Positions 45,519-56,071 are shown, counted from the stretch's first letter. The stretch is DNA of 64,000 bases from Hyphomicrobiales bacterium (GCA_006844605.1 SPJN01000002.1:16337-80336), one strand, 5' to 3'. The notes: generated by a model not told the origin, from the sequence alone. Program-made: numbers and translations.

Positions 45519-45986
45519 TCAGCCCGCGTCTCCCATCGTTTTGGCGAGTTCAAGGAACTGTCGCCGCTTCGATTCAGGAATTGTGTAATAGGCACGGACA
45601 AGGTCCGCAGTTTCACGCCTGCCCAGAATATCGGACGGCATGTCATTGTCGTTATGGGCACCGTTCATGGCATTACCGTTCACCCGGGTGCCATTCATCG
45701 GGGTGCCGTTCACGGGTGTATCACCGTGGGCCATAGCGCCCTGAAAGCTGTCTTCTTCGTCTTCTGTAGTGCCCAATCCATCAAAGAAATAGGCAACAGG
45801 CACCTCAAGCACCTGGGAAATATCCCACAGGCGGCTGGCGCTGACGCGGTTTGCACCGCTTTCATATTTTTGAATTTGTTGGAACCGGATCCCGACCGCA
45901 GACCCAAGCTCTTGCTGTGTCATGCCCATCAGCCAACGGCGTTGCCGCAGCTTTTGACCGACATGACTGTCTACTGGATGTGCCAT
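45519..45986 (-). CDS. XRE family helix-turn-helix transcriptional regulator
   Basis: VGQKLRQRRWLMGMTQQELGSAVGIRFQQIQKYESGANRVSASRLWDISQVL, followed by an Asn/Gly-rich repeat linker. Confidence 0.8.
   Translation of the reverse strand: MAHPVDSHVGQKLRQRRWLMGMTQQELGSAVGIRFQQIQKYESGANRVSASRLWDISQVLEVPVAYFFDGLGTTEDEEDSFQGAMAHGDTPVNGTPMNGTRVNGNAMNGAHNDNDMPSDILGRRETADLVRAYYTIPESKRRQFLELAKTMGDAG
45660..45719 (-). repeat. four in-frame 15-nt tandem repeats encoding TPVNG-TPMNG-TRVNG-NAMNG inside the XRE regulator
   Basis: + strand units: accgttcatggcatt, accgttcacccgggt, gccattcatcggggt, gccgttcacgggtgt. Confidence 0.85.
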
Positions 45987-46404
45987 AGCGCATCATTTCC
46001 TTTCCGACCAATCTGCATGCAAAAAGCTATGCAGACACACCTAATGCAGCTGCGATCAATGTCAGGAAAGTGCTTTTATATCTGTGCCGAAATTCTGTTA
46101 ATCGGTTACCACGCCAACCAACAGACAAGTATACCGCGCCCAAAACCCACAAGGACGCAACTACACATACGCAATTTCGGCTTTCGCCACTCTACCCGAC
46201 AGTTAAAGATCAACTGCCACTGTCATCACAAGGCCAACCACGACATGTTTTGACAGGCCAACAAGTTTTACTTCCAACCAGCCCCGGCTTATAAATGCCA
46301 AGGTCCGACGCGAAAGCTAACTCGTCAGTAACCAAGAATTATCACAGATTCTTTGATTGTCAAAGGCAAATGCGACATTTCGGCAGGTTTTATCCCAATA
46401 TGGA

Positions 46405-48261
46405 TCAACCGCCGCTGGATTCTTTTGCCTTGGCTTTTTTGCGTTCATTGGGGTCAAGGTGAACCTTGCGCAACCGCACATGGTTGGGCGTCACCTCAAC
46501 CAGCTCATCCGCCTCAATATAGGCGATGGCTTCTTCCAGTGTCAGGGTCTTGGGGGTTGTCAGGCGGACCGCATCATCCTTGCCTGAGGCACGAACATTG
46601 GACAGCTTCTTACCCTTTAGCGGGTTCACGATCAGATCGTCACCGCGGGCGTTTTCGCCCAGGACCATGCCTTCATAAACCTTTTCGCCGGCGCCGATGA
46701 ACAGCGTGCCGCGTTCTTCAAGGTTCCACAGGGCGTAGGCAACAGATTTGCCCGTTTCGTTCGAAACAATCACACCATTGCGGCGGCTATCAACCTTGCC
46801 GCGCCAGGGGCCATACTCAAGGAACAGGCGGTTCATGATGCCTGTGCCGCGGGTGTCTGTCAGAAACTCGCCATGATAGCCGATCAGGCCACGGGCGGGG
46901 GCGTGGAAGACAACGCGGGACTTGCCGCCGCCTGAGGGGCGCATTTCCACAAGGTCACCCTTGCGAGAGGCCATCTTCTCAACGACAACGCCGGTATAGG
47001 CTTCGTCCACATCGACAACAACTTCTTCGATAGGTTCCATCACCTTGCCGGTGTCAGGGTCTTCCTTGGTCAGCACACGGGGGCGAGAGATTGAAAGCTC
47101 AAACCCTTCGCGGCGCATGGTTTCAATCAAAACGCCAAGCTGCAGTTCACCACGACCGGCAACTTCAAAGCTGTCCTTGTCTTCGGTGTCGCTGATCTTG
47201 ATGGCGACATTGCCTTCAGCTTCGCGCATCAGGCGGTCACGGATCACACGGGACTGCACCTTGTCACCATCTTGCCCGGAAAGGGGCGAGGTGTTGATGG
47301 AGAACGTCATGGCAAGGGTTGGTGGGTCAATCGCGGGCGCGTCCATCGGCTTGTCGATTGACGGGTCACACAATGTATCGGCCACGGTTGCCTCTGTCAT
47401 ACCGGCGATGGCAACAATGTCACCGGCGCTTGCTTCTTCAAGCGAGATACGCTCAAGCCCACGGAAGGCGAGGATTTTTGTCAGGCGGCCTTGTTCGATT
47501 AATTTGCCATCACGGGTCAGGGCCTTGATCGGCAGGTTCGGCTTTGCAATGCCTGACTCAATACGGCCTGTCAGAATACGGCCCAGATAGGGGTCGGCCT
47601 CAACCGTGGTGGCCAACATGCAGAACGGTTCTTCTTTTTTGTTTTCGCGTACGGGCACAGGTTCGGGCACGTGGCTTCTGATCAGATCAAACAGGGCAAC
47701 AAGATTTTCGCGCGGACCTTCAAGGCTGTCATCCGCCCAACCGTCGCGACCACAAGCAAACAGCATGGGGAAATCGAGCTGATCTTCATCGGCATCAAGC
47801 GCCGCGAACAGGTCGAAAATTTCTTCATGCACTTCGTCAAAGCGGGCGTCGGGACGGTCAGCCTTGTTGATCACAACAATGGGACGCAAGCCAAGGTGCA
47901 GCGCCTTGCCCAGAACAAACTTTGTTTGTGGCATGGGCCCTTCGGCGGCATCAACCAGCAGGATCACGCCATCAACCATAGACAGGATACGTTCCACCTC
48001 GCCGCCAAAGTCAGCATGGCCCGGTGTGTCCACGACATTGATGCGGGTGCCATCAACCAGCACAGATGTACATTTTGCCAGAATGGTAATGCCGCGTTCT
48101 TTTTCAAGATCATTGGCGTCCATTGCGCGTTCATCCACCTGTTGGTGGGCTTGGAACGTGCCGCTTTGGGCAAGCATCTGGTCCACGAGCGTTGTTTTGC
48201 CGTGGTCAACATGAGCGATAATCGCGATGTTGCGCAGCGAGGTATGGGCGGCTTGCGTCAT
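46405..48261 (-). CDS. typA: translational GTPase TypA/BipA
   Basis: [27 protein letters not shown] and NKADR. Start trimmed to MTQAAHTSL. Confidence 0.92.
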   Translation of the reverse strand: MTQAAHTSLRNIAIIAHVDHGKTTLVDQMLAQSGTFQAHQQVDERAMDANDLEKERGITILAKCTSVLVDGTRINVVDTPGHADFGGEVERILSMVDGVILLVDAAEGPMPQTKFVLGKALHLGLRPIVVINKADRPDARFDEVHEEIFDLFAALDADEDQLDFPMLFACGRDGWADDSLEGPRENLVALFDLIRSHVPEPVPVRENKKEEPFCMLATTVEADPYLGRILTGRIESGIAKPNLPIKALTRDGKLIEQGRLTKILAFRGLERISLEEASAGDIVAIAGMTEATVADTLCDPSIDKPMDAPAIDPPTLAMTFSINTSPLSGQDGDKVQSRVIRDRLMREAEGNVAIKISDTEDKDSFEVAGRGELQLGVLIETMRREGFELSISRPRVLTKEDPDTGKVMEPIEEVVVDVDEAYTGVVVEKMASRKGDLVEMRPSGGGKSRVVFHAPARGLIGYHGEFLTDTRGTGIMNRLFLEYGPWRGKVDSRRNGVIVSNETGKSVAYALWNLEERGTLFIGAGEKVYEGMVLGENARGDDLIVNPLKGKKLSNVRASGKDDAVRLTTPKTLTLEEAIAYIEADELVEVTPNHVRLRKVHLDPNERKKAKAKESSGG

Positions 48262-48372
48262 TGAGGTGGCCTTGAAAAAGAGAAATGCAAAAGCGCGGCT
48301 TGTTAGCGCGGTCGCAGCTATCATGCTAAATGGGGGGCGACAAGCCCGGCGCTAAGTGGCAAATAGTCTCGC

Positions 48373-49644
48373 ATGTCAAACACACAGCCAAATAACACGC
48401 CGCAAATTCTGACTCAGCCTGCAAAAGGGGCGTGGGCTTTGTTCTGGATATTGGCTTTAGGCTATGTTTTCAGCCAGTTTATCCGCAATACAATCGGCGT
48501 TATCACCCCGGACCTGATGGCAGAGCTGTCATTGGGCGCAGCTGATGTGGGCCTTTTGTCCGGGCTGTTTTTTCTGGCATTTGCGGCGATGCAAATCCCC
48601 GCAGGTATCGCTTTGGATACTTTGGGGCCACGCAAGACCATGGCGGGACTGGTGCTGATTGGGGCCGGGGGCATGTTTTTGTTCGCCGGTGCGGACGGCT
48701 ATAGCGGGCTGGTGGTGGGGCGTATCTTGACCGGAATTGGTACCGCTGCATTGCTGATGGGGCCGATGGTTTTATTCACCCGCTGGTTTCCCGCTGCCCG
48801 CTTTGCAGAGATGAGCGGGCTTGTGATTGCCTGTGGCGGGGCAGGCACATTGCTTGCCACTGCACCATTTGAAATGGCGGTGTCGAATTTCGGCTGGCGC
48901 GAAAGCCTGTTCGGTGTGGCGATTGCCATGATCGTCATGGCGGTGATCCTGTCCTTGCGTGTGAAGGATATGCCCAAGGGGCGCAGTGTGCCGACGGCAG
49001 AACATGCGCATGAAGCTGGCCTTTGGCCCGGTTTGAAGGCCGTGTTCAAGCACAAGCAATTGCCCTATCTGGTTGCCATTCAGTTGATGGGTTATTCATC
49101 CGTGGTGACGCTGTTGGGCCTGTGGGGGCTGCCCTATCTGCAGGATGTGCATGGTTTGGCCAAGGATGAGGCGGCCAATATTCTGTTCGTCATGGCCTTG
49201 ATTGTGATGGTCGGGCAGGTCGGTTGGGGGCGGTTGGACCGCCTTGTCGGCAGTCGCCGCCGTCCGGTTCTGTGGGGTGCTTCCTTGTGCTTTGTGCAGT
49301 TCCTGACCCTTGCCCTTTATCGTGACCCGCCGCTTTATGTGGTTATCGGTCTGTTTTGGGGGCTTGGGTTGTCATCCGGCTTCTTTTCCGTTGCGCTGGC
49401 CCATGGTCGTGCCCTGTTTCCTGATCATTTGGTTGGACGCGGGATCACAACGCTGAACGTGGCCAATATGGGTGGTGTTTTCATTCTGCAAAGCGTCACC
49501 GGGTGGATTATCGACCTGAATGGGGGCCGCTTGGACGGGCCGATTGAAGAATCAGCCTTCAGGATTGTCTTTATGGTCATTGCATTCGGGGTTTTGGCTG
49601 CCTTGGTCATCTATTCCTGGTCAGAAGACAGACCGCCGCAATAA
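48373..49644 (+). CDS. MFS transporter
   Basis: 423 aa, about 12 TM helices, with the GRILTGIG loop motif. Confidence 0.85.
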   Translation: MSNTQPNNTPQILTQPAKGAWALFWILALGYVFSQFIRNTIGVITPDLMAELSLGAADVGLLSGLFFLAFAAMQIPAGIALDTLGPRKTMAGLVLIGAGGMFLFAGADGYSGLVVGRILTGIGTAALLMGPMVLFTRWFPAARFAEMSGLVIACGGAGTLLATAPFEMAVSNFGWRESLFGVAIAMIVMAVILSLRVKDMPKGRSVPTAEHAHEAGLWPGLKAVFKHKQLPYLVAIQLMGYSSVVTLLGLWGLPYLQDVHGLAKDEAANILFVMALIVMVGQVGWGRLDRLVGSRRRPVLWGASLCFVQFLTLALYRDPPLYVVIGLFWGLGLSSGFFSVALAHGRALFPDHLVGRGITTLNVANMGGVFILQSVTGWIIDLNGGRLDGPIEESAFRIVFMVIAFGVLAALVIYSWSEDRPPQ

Positions 49645-49765
49645 TTCATTAAATCAATGGTTTAAGGGGGCGTGCCAGCGGCTGCGACCGTTTGGCGGGT
49701 GTATTGGCACTAAATTTGCCAATTTACCTCTTGCAATTATGGCCCAAACTGACAATAAGTCATTT

Positions 49766-49864
49766 AGCGTCTTTTTTGATTAGTCAATCAAGATGCTGGT
49801 GCCCTTCTTGGGCGTTTCCTCCCTGACTTATTGCCCGGGTCATTTTTGATCCGGGCATTTTTTT
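49766..49864 (+). ncRNA. candidate small RNA (about 100 nt) with a single-stranded CCUCCC motif and an intrinsic terminator
   Basis: Possible promoter TTGCAA (49731..49736), 17-nt spacer, AATAAG (49754..49759). Hairpin TTGATT/AATCAA at 49776..49791. GCCC/GGGC at 49801..49813. Unpaired GUUUCCUCCCUGACUUAUU. Terminator at 49833..49864. No ORF in this stretch. Confidence 0.25.
49833..49864 (+). terminator. rho-independent terminator
   Basis: GCCCGG (49833..49838) pairs with CCGGGC (49851..49856) across a 12-nt loop, followed by ATTTTTTT. Confidence 0.55.
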
Positions 49865-49908
49865 AGCCAGAGCGATGAGGCGGCCAAATATAGGGATGCC
49901 GATGGGTA

Positions 49909-50418
49909 TTAAAGCGCGCGCTGGTAATAGGCGACGTTCAGCCATTCGCCGAATTTGTACCCGGCATTGGCAATCAGGCCCACACGGCTGAACCCTAAAC
50001 TTTCATGCAACGCGACGGACGCCCGCCCCACATCGGGGTTGTGATCAGCGGTTGCGATGCCGGCGATCAACTGCTTGATCGGGGTTTGGTCAAGCTTTAG
50101 CTGCGCAATCAATTCAACCATCAACGCCTTGCCCACGCCTTTGCCCCGTGCGGTTGGCCCCAAATAGATTGAGGTTTCTACCGTGTGCCGATAGGCGGGC
50201 CGGTCCCTATACTGCGCCGCATAACAATAACCGCACAGTGTGTCGTCTTGGTCTATGGCAACAAGATAGGGGTGTGTGGCGGCCTTGATCTTATCTGCGA
50301 AATAGCCGGCAGGGGGTGCCGTTTCATCAAAGGTGGCAAGATCACTATCGACATAGTAGCCGTAGATGGCGGCGATGGCTGCGGCATCGTCGGGTATCGC
50401 CGAACGTATTGTGACCAC
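49909..50418 (-). CDS. GNAT family N-acetyltransferase (phosphinothricin acetyltransferase-like)
   Basis: IRSAIPDDAAAIAAIY..., RGKGVGKAL acetyl-CoA loop. Confidence 0.8.
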   Translation of the reverse strand: MVTIRSAIPDDAAAIAAIYGYYVDSDLATFDETAPPAGYFADKIKAATHPYLVAIDQDDTLCGYCYAAQYRDRPAYRHTVETSIYLGPTARGKGVGKALMVELIAQLKLDQTPIKQLIAGIATADHNPDVGRASVALHESLGFSRVGLIANAGYKFGEWLNVAYYQRAL

Positions 50419-51374
50419 TAAAGCCCCATTAATTCTTCAGGAGACAATTCACCAAGGCGATCAACAATCATTGTCAGGACCTGCCCTAAAGTGTCGAGCA
50501 GGGGAAACGGTTCAAGCGTTCGTTCATTCATGTACAAGGCGCGATTGATTTCGATTTGCACCGCATGTTGTCCCCTATTGGGGCGACCATAATGTTCAGT
50601 GATATAGCCCCCGGCATAAGGAGCATTGCGGCCCACATCAAATCCGGCATCGGCAAAGCATTTTTCAACTTCCCGAATGATAGGGCGGCGGCAGGCGCGC
50701 CCAAAGCGGTCACCCAACACAATATCAGCGGCGTGGCCTTCCAATGCCTTTTGACGGGCAATAGCGCTTGAAGGCATGGAATGACAGTCGATCAGGATGG
50801 CATAGCCGAACTGCCTGCGGGTTGCTGCCAGCAATTCTTCCAATGTGCTGTGATAGGCACGATAGAACGTATCAATGCGCCATTCAGCTTCGTTGTAATG
50901 CAACCGATCCCGATAGATCGGCTGGCCGTCAGCAACGATGCGGGCGATTGTGCCCAAGCCACCGCGCGCGCGGGCCGACCCGACCTTGATATGCGATGGT
51001 GCGCGGCCCCGAAACATTGTGGGGTCCAGCTCATATGCCTCGCGGTTCGGGTCTACAAAGGCGCGTGGGAAGCGGGCGGACAGAATTGGCACGTCTGCTG
51101 ATGCGGCGGCACCGGCGATCTGATGGACGTGGCAGTCTTCTGATTTGCGCAGCGTCCGTTCGTCCAACACAGCATTTTCGATAAAGCTGGGCGGATAAAT
51201 ATCACCTGAATGGGGAGAGCTGATCACAATGGGCAGCTTTTGACGTTCCGGCAAAATCAGCTCAACCGGATCGGCGGCCAATTCTGCCAATACCGCATCA
51301 TAAGTGGCAAGGTCACCGTCAAACGGCGCTTCGCCCACATCGCTGTAGGTCCAAATATTCAGATCACGATCCAT
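50418..51374 (-). CDS. N-formylglutamate amidohydrolase family protein
   Basis: VISSPHSGDIYP, DPNRE and LIDCHSMPS segments. Confidence 0.75.
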   Translation of the reverse strand: MDRDLNIWTYSDVGEAPFDGDLATYDAVLAELAADPVELILPERQKLPIVISSPHSGDIYPPSFIENAVLDERTLRKSEDCHVHQIAGAAASADVPILSARFPRAFVDPNREAYELDPTMFRGRAPSHIKVGSARARGGLGTIARIVADGQPIYRDRLHYNEAEWRIDTFYRAYHSTLEELLAATRRQFGYAILIDCHSMPSSAIARQKALEGHAADIVLGDRFGRACRRPIIREVEKCFADAGFDVGRNAPYAGGYITEHYGRPNRGQHAVQIEINRALYMNERTLEPFPLLDTLGQVLTMIVDRLGELSPEELMGL

Positions 51375-51494
51375 TTGCCGTACCCAGCCCTAATCGCTTG
51401 TTGTTCCCCGTAAGCGCAAAGACTAGACCATCAGTTCCCACTTGGCGAGCCCCCGCTTACACCGATCCGGGGACTTCACCGCGCAAGATTGGTG

Positions 51495-52676
51495 TCAAAT
51501 TTGGTCAAAACCCTTACGATCCAGCCATTCAGTGCATTTTTGTGCGGCTTCTGCGACCAAATCGGGCTGCAGGGCATAGTAATGGGTTGCGCCCTTCACC
51601 TCATAAAACTCTTTATCGTCATGGGGCACAGCATCATAAAGCCGTTTCGCATGGGACGGGCTACAGGCGCTGTCGGCTGAGTTTTGGATCACCAGCATTG
51701 GGACGCTGATGCGGGCGGCGTTGCCCGTGCCTGTTGCGTTGGTTTCATCATAGGACCATTGCGACAGCCATGACCGCAGCGTGCAAAAGCGTGCCAGACC
51801 AACAGGACCATTATTCACTGTTTTGGGGTCACCCAAATAGCAAATGCCCGGTTCGCGGTCATTGGCGTCAATAGTCGGGTCAAGCCACAGAGGGGCCGCC
51901 ATCGTGCCATGCACGACAAAGCCATATTCTTCATTATCCAGGCCCTTGGCACGCAAATCGGCCAGCTTGTCTTTTACCCAAGCGGTAATCCGCCGATTAC
52001 GTGCGACCTGTGCCTCAAAATAGCGTTTCTGAAATTCCTCTGTGTAGGGGGGCTGGTTGGGATTGTCGGGATTATAAAGATCAAGCTCGGGATCCCGCTC
52101 GTCCGGCTTGCTTTCATCCAGAATCGACGCATCCATCCATTCTGTCAGGGTCACCGCACGGCTGACATGGGCAGCGATAAGCATGATGCCGTCTGCAGCT
52201 TCCAGCCCGGCCGTGGTCAGGTCAGGACCGTCGCCTGCCGGGGTTGCCGTCACGGTCGGGTTCTCGGCCTGATCCTGCAAGTAAAGCGAGAGGGACCCGC
52301 CTCCTGACCAACCGCCAAGAATGACCGTCTCATAGCCATGTTTGCGCTTAAGGTCCTTGATGCCTGCATTCAGGTCAAAGACACATTTTTCCATGGTCAG
52401 CGCGGTGTCGTTACCGCGATAGCGTGTGTTGATATAGGCAACATGATGGCCCTGTTCCGCCAGCGCGCCTGTGATTGGCAGGAAGGCACCGCCACCGATG
52501 GGGTGCGAAAATACGATCAGTGTTTTGGAATCGCGATCAACGGGACGGACCAACTGTCCCTCGATGACGACAAAGCCTGCCTCGCCCCCATAGGTGTCCT
52601 TAAAGCCCGCCTGTTCAGTAAAGACAGAGACATAGGGAAGGCGTGTATATTCATACTTCTTCTGATCGCTAGACAT
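51495..52676 (-). CDS. alpha/beta hydrolase, specific function unknown
   Basis: 393 aa with the GGWSGGGS nucleophile elbow. Confidence 0.6.
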   Translation of the reverse strand: MSSDQKKYEYTRLPYVSVFTEQAGFKDTYGGEAGFVVIEGQLVRPVDRDSKTLIVFSHPIGGGAFLPITGALAEQGHHVAYINTRYRGNDTALTMEKCVFDLNAGIKDLKRKHGYETVILGGWSGGGSLSLYLQDQAENPTVTATPAGDGPDLTTAGLEAADGIMLIAAHVSRAVTLTEWMDASILDESKPDERDPELDLYNPDNPNQPPYTEEFQKRYFEAQVARNRRITAWVKDKLADLRAKGLDNEEYGFVVHGTMAAPLWLDPTIDANDREPGICYLGDPKTVNNGPVGLARFCTLRSWLSQWSYDETNATGTGNAARISVPMLVIQNSADSACSPSHAKRLYDAVPHDDKEFYEVKGATHYYALQPDLVAEAAQKCTEWLDRKGFDQI

Positions 52677-52729
52677 GGTTGCCCCTTGGGTTCGCTAGTT
52701 GGTGAGTGTCAATTTTCAATGACACGACA

Positions 52730-54001
52730 CTAGGCGATAAGGGCGCGATCAAACAAGTGGGCAAGTGAAATGGAATTGTCTTGCAGGGCCGCCATAACAG
52801 CGCCGCGTAACCAACCATCAATACCACGATCTGAGTAACGAATTTCCAGTCGTTCTGCCTGCCCTTCTGACAGGCGGTCCTGAATAAGGGCGATGATGGC
52901 ATTTTGATAAACGTCATCCAATGTGCCCAGCGCACCGGTCAGTACGATATGATCGGGATCAAGCAAATTAACCAGCCACGAAAGGCCAAGCGCAAGGTAA
53001 ACGCCCGATTCCACCAACACATCAACGGCGTCCTGATCCTGGTCGCTGACCGCATCAAGAACAAGTCTAACTGACTGGCTGGTTTTGATCTGATCGGGGC
53101 GTTTTTCGATGTAGCGGTCATACATCCCTTGGGTAGATGCGTAATAGTCAATGGTGCGGCGCGGTGGTTCGGGGTCGCCCCACTTATGATCAAGGTTGAT
53201 CACGGGGATCTGGCAGGCACCTAAATGCCCGGCAAGCCCATTGGCGCCATTGGTGATGCGGCCATTTTGAATGATGGCAGCGGACACTGTGGCGCCGACA
53301 TCGACCACAATCACATTGCGCAGGCTAAACGCCTTGCCTTCGGTTGCTTCTGCAACAGCGACCGCGCGACCGGCGTCGATAACATGGATGGGAATATCGC
53401 CCAGCAATCCAGCGAAATCGTCAGCTAACAAATCGCGTAACGGCACGTCGCGCCAATTAAGGCGGGGGGCATAGGCGACGATGCCGCTGGCCCCATCGAC
53501 CGACCCACCGATTGTAACGCCGACGGCACTGATCTGGTCGGCGTCTATGTTGGCATCAGACATCAACAATACAATCAGGCGGCGTAACGTGGCGATGACA
53601 GCGGCGGGGCTGGCGTCTTCGAAGTTAGGGATCGTGCGGCTGGCGATGTCCTTGCCCAAGGCATCGGCGATCAAGATCTGGGTGTTCACGCGATTTAGGC
53701 TGATTGCCACGACATAGCGTGAGTTGGCCAAAAATTCGACCACAACAGGCGGGCGGCCCCGGCCACCATCAGCGCGGGGGTCGCGATGTTCGATCACAAC
53801 ACCTTCATCTGCCAGACCCTGCGTTATTGAAGATATGGCGGGCAATGTCAGCGACGTGGCTTCAGCCAACTCGGCGCGGGTTGCCTTGCCTTTAGTGCGC
53901 AGTACATCCAGCACCAGTCGTTCGTTCTGCGAACGGATATTCGCCGGACGCGATGCGCGCCCGCGTAAGGAGGACGAGTTTGCTGAGTCTTGTTCAGTCA
54001 T
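52730..54001 (-). CDS. ROK family transcriptional regulator
   Basis: N-terminal wHTH (NERLVLDVLRTKGKATRAELAEATSLTLPAISSITQGL) plus a sugar-kinase-like body. Confidence 0.8.
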   Translation of the reverse strand: MTEQDSANSSSLRGRASRPANIRSQNERLVLDVLRTKGKATRAELAEATSLTLPAISSITQGLADEGVVIEHRDPRADGGRGRPPVVVEFLANSRYVVAISLNRVNTQILIADALGKDIASRTIPNFEDASPAAVIATLRRLIVLLMSDANIDADQISAVGVTIGGSVDGASGIVAYAPRLNWRDVPLRDLLADDFAGLLGDIPIHVIDAGRAVAVAEATEGKAFSLRNVIVVDVGATVSAAIIQNGRITNGANGLAGHLGACQIPVINLDHKWGDPEPPRRTIDYYASTQGMYDRYIEKRPDQIKTSQSVRLVLDAVSDQDQDAVDVLVESGVYLALGLSWLVNLLDPDHIVLTGALGTLDDVYQNAIIALIQDRLSEGQAERLEIRYSDRGIDGWLRGAVMAALQDNSISLAHLFDRALIA

Positions 54002-54136
54002 TTGTTTGCCGCATACTCATTTAGCTACCCCCCGAAAACCGTTTAGGCGCTACTTGTGGCAAAAGCAAGGCTTTACCCCGCATCACAAGGCCCCTAAAAC
54101 AAGGCAATCTATGATTTACAGCTTTTGAGGATACCC

Positions 54137-54730
54137 ATGCTGCTTAACCCGATTAATGACGCCGCCCTTGACCAAATTTTCCGTAATGCGCGGACACAGA
54201 ACGGTTTTTTGGACGAACCCGTCAGTGACGACACGTTGAAGGCCCTGTATGACCTGTTCATTTTCGGGCCGACAAGTGCGAATTGCGAACCGGCGCGCAT
54301 CATTTTTGTCCGCACTGATGAGGCGAAAGAGCGGCTTTACCCCCATCTGATGGAATCAAATCAGCAAAAGGTAAAAGAAGCACCGGTCACGGCTATCATT
54401 GGGTTTGACACCCTGTTTTACAATCACCTGCCTGATCTGTTCCATGACGAGACCGCAAAAAGCTGGTTCGAGGGCGAAGAAAAAACAGGCAATGTGACTG
54501 CATTCCGTAACTCGACCCTGCAAGGGGCCTATTTCATGATTGCGGCCCGTGCCTTGGGACTTGATTGTGGACCCATGTCAGGTTTTGACAATGATGGTGT
54601 TGATCAGGAATTTTGGCCCGACGGCCAGATCAAATCCAACTTCCTGTGCACCATTGGTCACGGCGACCCCAGCAAGGTGTTCGAGCGTCATGCCCGCCTG
54701 CCTTATGAAACAGTTTGTGAGCTTATCTAG
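54137..54730 (+). CDS. nitroreductase family protein, RutE/malonic semialdehyde reductase-like
   Basis: LDQIFRNARTQNGFLDEPVSDDTLKALYDL...GPTSANCEPARIIFV. Start trimmed to the ATG at 54137, downstream of a GAGGA RBS. Confidence 0.7.
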   Translation: MLLNPINDAALDQIFRNARTQNGFLDEPVSDDTLKALYDLFIFGPTSANCEPARIIFVRTDEAKERLYPHLMESNQQKVKEAPVTAIIGFDTLFYNHLPDLFHDETAKSWFEGEEKTGNVTAFRNSTLQGAYFMIAARALGLDCGPMSGFDNDGVDQEFWPDGQIKSNFLCTIGHGDPSKVFERHARLPYETVCELI

Positions 54731-54766
54731 ATCATAATTTTTGGTGACGCTTTTGGGGGACGCTAA

Positions 54767-56071
54767 ATGAGCGCCAAGCCAATGACGAAACGTCCGGGCC
54801 TGTTCGGCATGGTCAAATCAATGACCGCCGAAGAGCGCCGTGTTGTGTTGCTGGTCAGCATTGCCTTTATTCTGATTCAATATGATCACGCGCTTTATGG
54901 CATTGCGTTGGCGCAGATTCAGCAAGACCTTGGCTGGTCCGATGATAATGTCGGCGCAGGATTAAGTATCATTCGGCTGGGTGCCATTCCGGCGATTATA
55001 TTGGCCGCAATGGCCGATAAGGTCGGGCGCCGCAAATTGTTGATCGCCACCATGATCTTAAGCGCCGTTGCGACGCTGGGCACATCATTGGTGCAAACCC
55101 CTGAACAGTTTGTCATGGCGCAGTTTTGGACGAAAAGCTTTGCTTTCGCTGAAGAAGCCCTGTCCATTGTTGTTGTCGCTGAATCAGTACGTCCGCATAT
55201 GCGTGGCTGGGCAGTAGGATTTTTGGCATCAATGGGGGGGCTTGGCTCTGGCCTTGCGTCCATCGCCTTTGGCTTTGTGGATGTGTTGCCATTTGGCTGG
55301 CGCGCGCTTTATGTGTTGGGCATCGGGCCGCTATTATTGGTGGCGTGGTTGCGCCGGTCGCTACCTGAAACCCAGAAATTTGCCGCCGATCACCCTGATG
55401 CGGAAAAGCCAAAGGGCGGGCTGTTTGTTCACCTGCAACCGGTTGTTCGATTGGTGCGCGACTATCCGGGCCGCGCAATGGCCTTGGCCGCATGTGTCGC
55501 GCCCTTTGGGTTGGCGGTGACGCCAGCGGTCCTGTTCATGTCAAAATATTTGCAGGAAGGGCACGGGTTTTCGCCCGATCAGGTGGGGACGACCTATTTA
55601 CTGGGCGGCGTGTTCGCCATATTCGGCAATCTGTTGGCGGGGTGGCTGTCTGACCGGGTTGGGCGCAAGCCAACGATCACATTTTCGCTATTCGTGACAA
55701 CAGGCGGGTTCTTCCTGCTTTATGGTCTGTCTGATATTCCTGTACTGGCTGTGTCAGTCATCTGGGTGTTTGCGATCTTTGGCTATTTTTCGGGCGAGAT
55801 TATGTACAACGCCCTTGGGTCCGAACTGTTTCCCACATCCTATCGGTCAACTGCATCAACATTCCGTTTGATTGTCTATACGGTATCTGGGTCAATCGGG
55901 TTGCTGCTGCAAAGCGTGCTTTATACACAGTTCGGTCTGGAGACGCAGGAAACCCTTATGATTCTGCTGATGGGCACGCCGATATCCATCTTTGTGACAT
56001 GGCTGTTATTGCCCGAAACCGCCAACCGGGATTTGGATGAAATCGCGCCAGAGGTGGTAAAAGGATTGTAG
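54767..56071 (+). CDS. MFS transporter
   Basis: 434 aa, about 12 TM helices, with DKVGRRKLL and DRVGRKP loop motifs. Confidence 0.85.
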   Translation: MSAKPMTKRPGLFGMVKSMTAEERRVVLLVSIAFILIQYDHALYGIALAQIQQDLGWSDDNVGAGLSIIRLGAIPAIILAAMADKVGRRKLLIATMILSAVATLGTSLVQTPEQFVMAQFWTKSFAFAEEALSIVVVAESVRPHMRGWAVGFLASMGGLGSGLASIAFGFVDVLPFGWRALYVLGIGPLLLVAWLRRSLPETQKFAADHPDAEKPKGGLFVHLQPVVRLVRDYPGRAMALAACVAPFGLAVTPAVLFMSKYLQEGHGFSPDQVGTTYLLGGVFAIFGNLLAGWLSDRVGRKPTITFSLFVTTGGFFLLYGLSDIPVLAVSVIWVFAIFGYFSGEIMYNALGSELFPTSYRSTASTFRLIVYTVSGSIGLLLQSVLYTQFGLETQETLMILLMGTPISIFVTWLLLPETANRDLDEIAPEVVKGL

